Positions 58,382-64,000 of a stretch of 64,000 nucleotides of DNA are shown here, in pieces. Position 1 is the stretch's first letter. Each line of letters starts with the position of its first letter. This stretch comes from Lactobacillus sp. (GTDB taxonomy: Bacteria > Bacillota > Bacilli > Lactobacillales > Lactobacillaceae): positions 5,472 to 69,471 of the forward strand of contig JALCQM010000009.1 of NCBI GenBank assembly GCA_022651245.1, written 5' to 3'. Position numbers and translations under genes: made by a program. The notes beneath the pieces were generated by a model. The model was not told the DNA's origin. It did not search any database and saw only the letters and a program-made list of their open reading frames with translations.

Positions 58382-59298
58382 AAGATATGCAAGCGCAATT
58401 GCGCAAGTTGATGGATCAACGCCAGATCACGGGGGCTTATCGCCAAACGATTGCCAAAGCGGTCGCTGATCCAGAAGTCCAGGCCTTTTTGCAGGCGAAT
58501 CAAGGCGCTTTGGCTGCTGACGCGATCGAACGCGGCGCGGCCAAGATCTATGAGTTCGTGAACGAACGCGATAAGCGAGCGGCCGGTGAGGCGAGTTTTG
58601 CTCCGGGGTATCAACCGCAACTGGTGGTCACCAACGGTCAGCTCGACTTGGCCTATGAACCGACGGCTGCGCGGCTAGCAGCGGAAGAAAAGGCGCATCA
58701 GCGGTCGCTGGTCAAAGCGATCAATATGCCTAAAGCCATCGCCACGGCGAGCTTGGCAGCGTATGATCCGACTGGCCGGGATGACGCACTTGATGCAGCG
58801 ACAGATTTCACCTTAGCGTTGGCAGAAGCCCCGCAAGCTTTTCATAAGGGACTGTATTTGACGGGGCCATTTGGGGTGGGTAAAACCTATCTGCTTGGGG
58901 CCATCGCCAATCAGCTGGCGAAGCAAGGCATCGCGTCAACGTTGGTTCACGTGCCGACATATGCTGTGGAAATGAAAGGGGCGATTCAGACCAATTCCGT
59001 CTTAGCTAAGATCAATGTGATCAAAAAAGCGCCGGTATTGATGTTGGATGATATCGGGGCGGAGGCGTTGAGCCCATGGTTTCGAGATGAAGTCCTGGGC
59101 ATTATTTTGCAATACCGGATGCAAGAAGAATTACCGACCCTATTTTCCAGTAATAAAACAATGGCAGAATTGACCCGGTATTTAGCGGGAAATGAGCGTG
59201 GGGATAATGAGGCGCTCAAGGCGTCGCGCTTGATGGAGCGCGTCCGGTACTTGGCCCAAGAGATCGCGGTCGGCGGGAATGATCGCCGCAACGGATAA
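58378..59298 (+). CDS. dnaI: Primosomal helicase loader DnaI
   Basis: 306 aa. AAA+ Walker A GPFGVGKTYL and Walker B LMLDDIG. ATGA overlap with dnaB. Confidence 0.9.
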   Translation: MKDMQAQLRKLMDQRQITGAYRQTIAKAVADPEVQAFLQANQGALAADAIERGAAKIYEFVNERDKRAAGEASFAPGYQPQLVVTNGQLDLAYEPTAARLAAEEKAHQRSLVKAINMPKAIATASLAAYDPTGRDDALDAATDFTLALAEAPQAFHKGLYLTGPFGVGKTYLLGAIANQLAKQGIASTLVHVPTYAVEMKGAIQTNSVLAKINVIKKAPVLMLDDIGAEALSPWFRDEVLGIILQYRMQEELPTLFSSNKTMAELTRYLAGNERGDNEALKASRLMERVRYLAQEIAVGGNDRRNG

Positions 59299-59306
59299 AA
59301 AAAGCC

Positions 59307-59335
59307 TTGCATGATCGTGAAGCCTGTGCTTTAAT
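59307..59335 (+). promoter_or_regulatory. thrS leader promoter
   Basis: TTGCAT, 17-nt spacer, TGC-TTTAAT. Confidence 0.55.
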
Positions 59336-59341
59336 CAAGGT

Positions 59342-59545
59342 ATCGAAGACGGAAGTTACAAGGATCATTCACAGAGAGCTCACGCCGAGGCTGCAAGCGT
59401 GTCATGACCTGATCCGCACCACTTCTTGAGATGCCGTTAGGCCCCTGCTCGGGTTATCAGCATCGAGAGGAAAGCAGTGCTTTCAAGTCGGGTGGAACCG
59501 CGAGTGATCGTCCCGGATACCAGTGATGGTATTCGGGATTTTTTG
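59342..59545 (+). promoter_or_regulatory. T-box riboswitch leader of thrS (ACC specifier)
   Basis: Stem I base TATCGAAGACGGAAG ... ACC-A-CTTC-TTGAGAT, with the Thr codon ACC at 59418-59420 followed by A. AGAGAG bulge. T-box sequence AAGTCGGGTGGAACCGCG (59485-59502). Terminator TCCCGGATACC/GGTATTCGGGA followed by TTTTTT. Confidence 0.85.
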
Positions 59546-59610
59546 TTCTCTTGAGTGTTCACATTTGGCTGACAGCCGCTTCCGAATAATAAACATAAGG
59601 GGATCATCAT

Positions 59611-61581
59611 ATGTCAATCGCGATCACATTACCAGATAATAGCGTCAAGAACATTGACGCAGGAAACAGCGTCTTAGACGTTGCCAAGGGCATCGCCACC
59701 AGTTTGGCGAAGAAGGCAGTCGCCGGTAAGCTTGACGGCCAATTGGTCAGCCTGGACACCGCGTTGAACGCCGATGCCAAACTCGAGATCGTTACCAAAG
59801 ATTCCGCCGACGGCCTCGAAGTGTTGCGCCAAACCGCCACCTTCGTTTTGGCGGCCGCAATCAAAGACTTGTACCCAGAAGTACGCCTGGGCCAAGGTGA
59901 AGCGCAAGAAGACGGCTTCTTCTATGACACAGACAAAGATGATGGTCAGCTGACGGTTGACCAATTGCCAGCGATCAAAGCTAAGATGGCGGAACTGGTC
60001 AAGGCAGACGCCAAGATCGTGGCCAAAACCTTGAGCCAAGATGAAGCCTTGGCCTACTTTGCGAACGAACCGTTCAAAAAGCAACTGGTGCAAGCTCAAG
60101 CAGGTGCGATCAAGGGCTTCCAGCTCGGCGATTTCTTCGATTTCGAAGAAGCGGTATTGCTGCCAAGCTTGAAGGACCTTAAGCATTTTGACTTGTTATC
60201 CGTTGCTGGCGCTTATTGGGAAGGCAAATCGTCTAACCCGATGCTGCAACGGCTTTACGGGACCGCGTACTATAAGGCCGCGGATCTGGAAGAAGACGCC
60301 AAGCGTCGCCAAGAAGCTAAAGAGCGCGATCACCGTAACATTGGTCGGGATCTTGATTTGTTCTTCGTGGATCCTAAAGTCGGCGCAGGCTTGCCTTACT
60401 GGATGCCAAATGGCGCAACGATCCGGCGCGTGATTGAGCGCTACATCATCGACAAGGAATTGGCCGATGGGTACGAACACGTGTATACCCCGATCTTAGC
60501 GAATTTGGATCTGTATAAGACCTCTGGTCACTGGGATCACTACCGCGAAGACATGTTCCCACCAATGGACATGGGCGATGGCGAAATGCTTGAATTGCGG
60601 CCGATGAACTGCCCATCCCACATCCAAGTCTACAAGCATCACATCCGCTCCTACCGCGATCTGCCGCTGCGCATTGCCGAATTAGGGATGATGCACCGCT
60701 ATGAAAAGTCTGGCGCCTTATCTGGTTTGCAGCGTGTCCGTGAAATGACTCTGAATGACGGCCATACTTTTGTTGCTTTGGATCAGATCCAGGAAGAATT
60801 CAAGAAGATCTTGCGGTTAATCATGAACGTTTATGAAGACTTCAACATCTCCGATTATTCCTTCCGTCTGTCATACCGTGATCCGAAGAACACTGAAAAG
60901 TACTTCGATGACGATGAAATGTGGACGCGTAGCCAAAACATGTTGAAAGGCGCGATGGATGATCTCGGCTTGGATTATTACGAAGCCGAAGGTGAAGCGG
61001 CCTTTTATGGGCCGAAGTTGGATATCCAAACCAAGACGGCCTTGGGCAATGATGAAACCATGTCCACCATCCAGTTGGACTTCATGTTGCCAGAACGCTT
61101 CGAATTGACCTATGTCGGTAATGATGGTCAAGAACACCGCCCAGTGATGATCCACCGTGGCGTGGTTGGGACGATGGAACGCTTCATTGCCTACCTGACC
61201 GAAATCTATAAGGGCGCTTTCCCAACTTGGTTAGCACCGACCCAGGCGATTTTGATCCCAGTTGCCGATGTGCATGACGATTACGTCCAAGAACTGAAGC
61301 GCAAGATGCTTGCCGCAGGCTTGCGTGTCGAAGTGGACAACCGTAATGAGAAGATGGGCTACAAGATTCGTGAAGCCCAGACCCGCAAGGTGCCATACAC
61401 CGTGGTTGTCGGGGACAAAGAAGTCGCTGACGCAGGGGTCTCGGTTCGCCGTTATGGTGAAGAGCACGCCGAAGAAGAATCGATCAAGATGTTCGTTGAA
61501 GCCATGCAGGCAGAAGTGAAGAACTACTCCCGCGATGGTAAGCGTAAGCCAAGCGATGTCGAGAAGGTTTTAGGCGACTAA
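59611..61581 (+). CDS. thrS: Threonine-tRNA ligase
   Basis: 656 aa. TGS domain, editing domain, class II core ([34 protein letters not shown]) and an anticodon-binding domain. Confidence 0.97.
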   Translation: MSIAITLPDNSVKNIDAGNSVLDVAKGIATSLAKKAVAGKLDGQLVSLDTALNADAKLEIVTKDSADGLEVLRQTATFVLAAAIKDLYPEVRLGQGEAQEDGFFYDTDKDDGQLTVDQLPAIKAKMAELVKADAKIVAKTLSQDEALAYFANEPFKKQLVQAQAGAIKGFQLGDFFDFEEAVLLPSLKDLKHFDLLSVAGAYWEGKSSNPMLQRLYGTAYYKAADLEEDAKRRQEAKERDHRNIGRDLDLFFVDPKVGAGLPYWMPNGATIRRVIERYIIDKELADGYEHVYTPILANLDLYKTSGHWDHYREDMFPPMDMGDGEMLELRPMNCPSHIQVYKHHIRSYRDLPLRIAELGMMHRYEKSGALSGLQRVREMTLNDGHTFVALDQIQEEFKKILRLIMNVYEDFNISDYSFRLSYRDPKNTEKYFDDDEMWTRSQNMLKGAMDDLGLDYYEAEGEAAFYGPKLDIQTKTALGNDETMSTIQLDFMLPERFELTYVGNDGQEHRPVMIHRGVVGTMERFIAYLTEIYKGAFPTWLAPTQAILIPVADVHDDYVQELKRKMLAAGLRVEVDNRNEKMGYKIREAQTRKVPYTVVVGDKEVADAGVSVRRYGEEHAEEESIKMFVEAMQAEVKNYSRDGKRKPSDVEKVLGD

Positions 61582-61594
61582 TATTATAGAAGAG

Positions 61595-61632
61595 AAACGA
61601 TCGCACTCTGCAAAAAGAGGCGATCGTTTTTT
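61595..61632 (+). terminator. thrS terminator
   Basis: AAACGATCGC ... GCGATCGTTT stem followed by TTTTTT. Confidence 0.8.
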
Positions 61633-61694
61633 AATGAAAAAAGTTATATAATAGCGGCACGGGGGATGGGAGACTGGATGAGGAGTTGGATTAA

Positions 61695-63020
61695 ATGAAA
61701 CAATCGAAGCGTCGAATGCAGACGTTGCTTATTGGCTGCGTGGTGTTCGTCGCCGTGGTCGTTGGCTTGGGCTGGCATCAACAACATGTTGCCGTCCAGC
61801 GTGTCGAGCAGGTGCTTAGCCGCGCGAAACACGCGTATCACGGCCGTGTGGTCACAGAGAAGACGGCCACCGGGCAAGTCGTTTATTTATTGCCCCATAA
61901 AGGCACGGCACTCACACGCGCATTGCGCCACCGCGCGCAGGCGGCGCTACCCAAGCAAGGGCAACACCGGGTGGTATTAGTGCAGGTGTCGACAGGGGCT
62001 AGCGTGGTCAGTGGCGTGCAGCAACAACGCCTCACCGTAAACCGGTACTGGGTCAAGGCCCGTCACGATCATCAACAGACGGTGACGGCTCAGTCATTAC
62101 GACCTGTGCGCGCGGCAACCGGCCAAGCCGCGACGGTTGCAGATATCGTAAGCGATGATTATGGGCGGCGCGCGATCAACTATGCGGCTAAGCAGGCGCT
62201 CGTCGCCAAACACCGCCAAACACCAGCTAGTTTGGCACAGGTTTTGGATCTGCGCCTACTCAATAGTATGACCGCGACCAATTTTCGGTTGTCCTCGCGG
62301 CAGTTGACCGTGACGGATGCGACTGGCAAAGCGGAGGTGAGCGTTCCGTTGGCACGGATTCAGATGTACTTAAAAGGCCAAACCTCTCCTGTCGCTTCAG
62401 GGAAGGTGATCGCGCTGACCTTCGACGACGGTCCGAATAGCGCCACGACACCACAGATTTTGAAGACGTTGGCGGCTGCCAAAGTGCAGGCGACGTTTTT
62501 CATGGTCGGCACCGGTCTCACCAAATATCCGGATACGGCACGGGCGGTGGCGCATGCTGGCCACGAGATCGGGATCCATACTTATGACCACCCGTACTTA
62601 CCAAAGCTGACTCCAGCAGCGGCAAAAGATGAGATCTACGGGAAAATGGCGGCAACGTATTACCAAGTCTTCGGCCAGCTACCGACACTGTTGCGTCCGC
62701 CGTTCGGGGCGCTGTCGCTGCCGGTGGCGCAAGCGGAAGACTTACCAGCGATTCAATGGTCGATCGATTCGCAAGACTGGCGGTCGCGCAATGCTGCGGC
62801 GATCTGTCAGCGCGTTCAAGCAACCGCTGAGCCAGGGGGGATCGTTTTGATGCATGATATCCAACCTGCGACGGTTCAAGCTTTGCCGAGCGTGATCCAG
62901 CTGCTCAAAGCGCAGGGGTACCAGTTCGTGACGGTCAGTCAGCTGCTTGGCGGACGCTTGTTGCCAGGTCATCAGTATTTTGGCCGTGGGGATGAGCGGT
63001 TGGTGACGGCGGCGGGGTGA
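61695..63020 (+). CDS. Polysaccharide deacetylase family protein (NodB domain, PgdA-like) with N-terminal TM anchor
   Basis: 441 aa. TM helix LLIGCVVFVAVVVGLGW. NodB motifs ALTFDDGPN, HEIGIHTYDH and LRPPFG. Confidence 0.85.
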   Translation: MKQSKRRMQTLLIGCVVFVAVVVGLGWHQQHVAVQRVEQVLSRAKHAYHGRVVTEKTATGQVVYLLPHKGTALTRALRHRAQAALPKQGQHRVVLVQVSTGASVVSGVQQQRLTVNRYWVKARHDHQQTVTAQSLRPVRAATGQAATVADIVSDDYGRRAINYAAKQALVAKHRQTPASLAQVLDLRLLNSMTATNFRLSSRQLTVTDATGKAEVSVPLARIQMYLKGQTSPVASGKVIALTFDDGPNSATTPQILKTLAAAKVQATFFMVGTGLTKYPDTARAVAHAGHEIGIHTYDHPYLPKLTPAAAKDEIYGKMAATYYQVFGQLPTLLRPPFGALSLPVAQAEDLPAIQWSIDSQDWRSRNAAAICQRVQATAEPGGIVLMHDIQPATVQALPSVIQLLKAQGYQFVTVSQLLGGRLLPGHQYFGRGDERLVTAAG

Positions 63021-63033
63021 GCACGCAAAAAGC

Positions 63034-63062
63034 TTGACGTGGTGGTTGTTCTCCTGTATAGT
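63034..63062 (+). promoter_or_regulatory. infC-rpmI(-rplT) operon promoter
   Basis: TTGACG, 17-nt spacer, TATAGT. Confidence 0.6.
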
Positions 63063-63068
63063 AATCAA

Positions 63069-63190
63069 CGTTGAGAAAACAAGCAGAAGTTCCCGCTTCT
63101 CGCCCACGTCATGGTGACCGCTAGGCTAAAACGTACGGATAAATATTCGCGGCGGGGACCCATGTGGTCTCGGCCGCTTTGCTTTTTTCT
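63069..63190 (+). promoter_or_regulatory. L20-type leader / attenuator of the infC operon
   Basis: About 150-nt 5' UTR ending in the hairpin GCGGCGGGGACC / GGTCTCGGCCGC (63149-63177) followed by TTTGCTTTTTT. This position and layout match the Firmicute L20-responsive attenuator. The upstream structure was not folded. Confidence 0.55.
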
Positions 63191-63215
63191 CGAAAATATT
63201 TGGAGGTGAATTGCC

Positions 63216-63737
63216 ATAGCTAGAGATATGATGGTCAACTCGGGAATTCGTTCACGTGAGGTTCGCTTGATTTCCCAGACTGGGGAACAGCTCGGTGTGA
63301 AGTCTACCCGCGATGCCCTTGCGTTAGCAGAAACTGCTAACCTGGATCTTGTCCTTGTGTCACCGAACGCCAAGCCACCCGTTGCCCGCATCATGGACTA
63401 TGGGAAGTATCGCTTTGAGCTTCAGAAGAAGCAGCGTGAAGCTCGCAAGAAACAAAAAACCATCAGCATCAAGGAAATTCGCTTGAGCCCAACGATCGGC
63501 GAGGCTGACTTCAACACGCGGTTGAAGAACGCCACCAAGTTCCTGGAAAAAGGGGACAAGGTCAAGGTTTCTGTCCGGTTCCGTGGGCGTGCGATCACCC
63601 ATAAGGACTTGGGGCAAAAAGTCCTTGAACAGATGGCAGAAGCTACCAAAGAGCTTGCCGTCGTCGAATCTCGTCCGAAGATGGACGGGCGGAGCATGTT
63701 CTTGATGCTCGCACCAAAACCTGACAACAAAAAGTAG
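63216..63737 (+). CDS. infC: Translation initiation factor IF-3
   Basis: ...[27 protein letters not shown]... The family N-terminus extends upstream of the first ATG (63228). In-frame ATA at 63216 lies 9 nt after GGAGG, and ATT at 63210 is also in frame, so a non-AUG start is likely, as is usual for infC. Confidence 0.9.
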   Translation: MARDMMVNSGIRSREVRLISQTGEQLGVKSTRDALALAETANLDLVLVSPNAKPPVARIMDYGKYRFELQKKQREARKKQKTISIKEIRLSPTIGEADFNTRLKNATKFLEKGDKVKVSVRFRGRAITHKDLGQKVLEQMAEATKELAVVESRPKMDGRSMFLMLAPKPDNKK

Positions 63738-63766
63738 TCAGAAACGTTATTTAGGAGGAAATCGTC

Positions 63767-63967
63767 ATGCCAAAATTCAAGACCCATCGCGCTTCTGCTA
63801 AGCGCTTCAAGAAGACCGCTAGCGGCGCTTTGAAGCGGGGCCACGCCTACACGTCTCACCGTTTCCACGGTAAGACCAAGAAGCAACGTCGTCAACTGCG
63901 CAAGTCCGGCTTGGTATCCCATTCCGATATGAAGCGGATCCGCCAGATGCTCAGCCAAATGAAGTAA
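63767..63967 (+). CDS. rpmI: 50S ribosomal protein L35
   Basis: 66 aa; [20 protein letters not shown]... AGGAGG RBS. Confidence 0.96.
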   Translation: MPKFKTHRASAKRFKKTASGALKRGHAYTSHRFHGKTKKQRRQLRKSGLVSHSDMKRIRQMLSQMK

Positions 63968-64000
63968 AGCGTCCTACCGCACACATTGGGGCGTAGACGA

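Noticed and set aside
1-64000. Scan for CRISPR arrays, IS elements, prophage, restriction-modification or known defence genes
   Set aside because: I noticed no regularly spaced direct repeats, terminal inverted repeats, transposase or integrase motifs, or defence-type domains. The window reads as conserved core chromosome with Bacillus-like synteny.
63968-64000. Start of rplT (L20) expected after rpmI
   Set aside because: The window ends before any start codon or recognisable MPRVK N-terminus, so nothing can be annotated.

Overview
This window is a gene-dense stretch of core chromosome, and I infer from gene content alone that it comes from a fairly GC-rich member of the Lactobacillaceae. 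The evidence is ClpE with an N-terminal zinc ribbon behind a CtsR box, ptsHI, a PrsA lipoprotein, MucBP-like domains, a Bce-type module, T-box leaders, and Bacillus-like synteny (hit-ecsAB, ytmP-trmB, ytpP-ytpR-sftA-murC, polA-mutM-coaE-nrdR-dnaB-dnaI-thrS, infC-rpmI).

Main content, left to right:
- partial GNAT gene, a CNNM/CorC transporter, prfC, an SseB-like gene
- a two-gene operon (DUF1827-like gene plus a signal-less MucBP/SH3-like gene)
- clpE and ptsH-ptsI
- a complete 11-gene purine operon, purEKCSQLFMNHD
- an orphan nrdG
- a Bce-type peptide-antibiotic sensing and detoxification module (response regulator and kinase divergent from the ABC ATPase and FtsX permease)
- an MBL hydrolase, spx-mecA, class 1A pyrD, an orphan HicB-like gene
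- a monocistronic tRNA-Gly(CCC)
- argS behind a T-box, and argR behind an ARG box
- a pseudouridine synthase, a class A PBP, yhaM, prsA, ytxH, hit, ecsAB, trmB, a thioredoxin, ytpR
- a soluble FtsK-like translocase, murC, a BI-1 family gene
- polA, mutM, coaE, nrdR, dnaB, dnaI
- thrS behind a T-box, a polysaccharide deacetylase, and infC-rpmI behind an L20-type leader

Many ORF-track starts are N-terminal over-extensions. I re-set them using RBS position, overlap with the upstream stop codon, and family N-termini.

I saw no CRISPR array, IS or transposase, integrase, phage, plasmid, restriction-modification or recognisable defence genes. I do not see a convincing undescribed multi-gene system here.

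The leads worth a second look are modest:
- the DUF1827-like plus signal-less MucBP/SH3-like operon
- an Spx whose CxxC redox switch reads CxxS, sitting behind an unusually long AT-rich leader
- a PurF with the fourth Fe-S ligand position changed (CVAY)
- an orphan HicB-like gene with a palindromic leader
- an orphan nrdG
- an argS T-box with an apparently compact Stem I
- a few unexplained perfect palindromes in regulatory regions

All family assignments come from motifs read by eye and from recollection. No database search was run.
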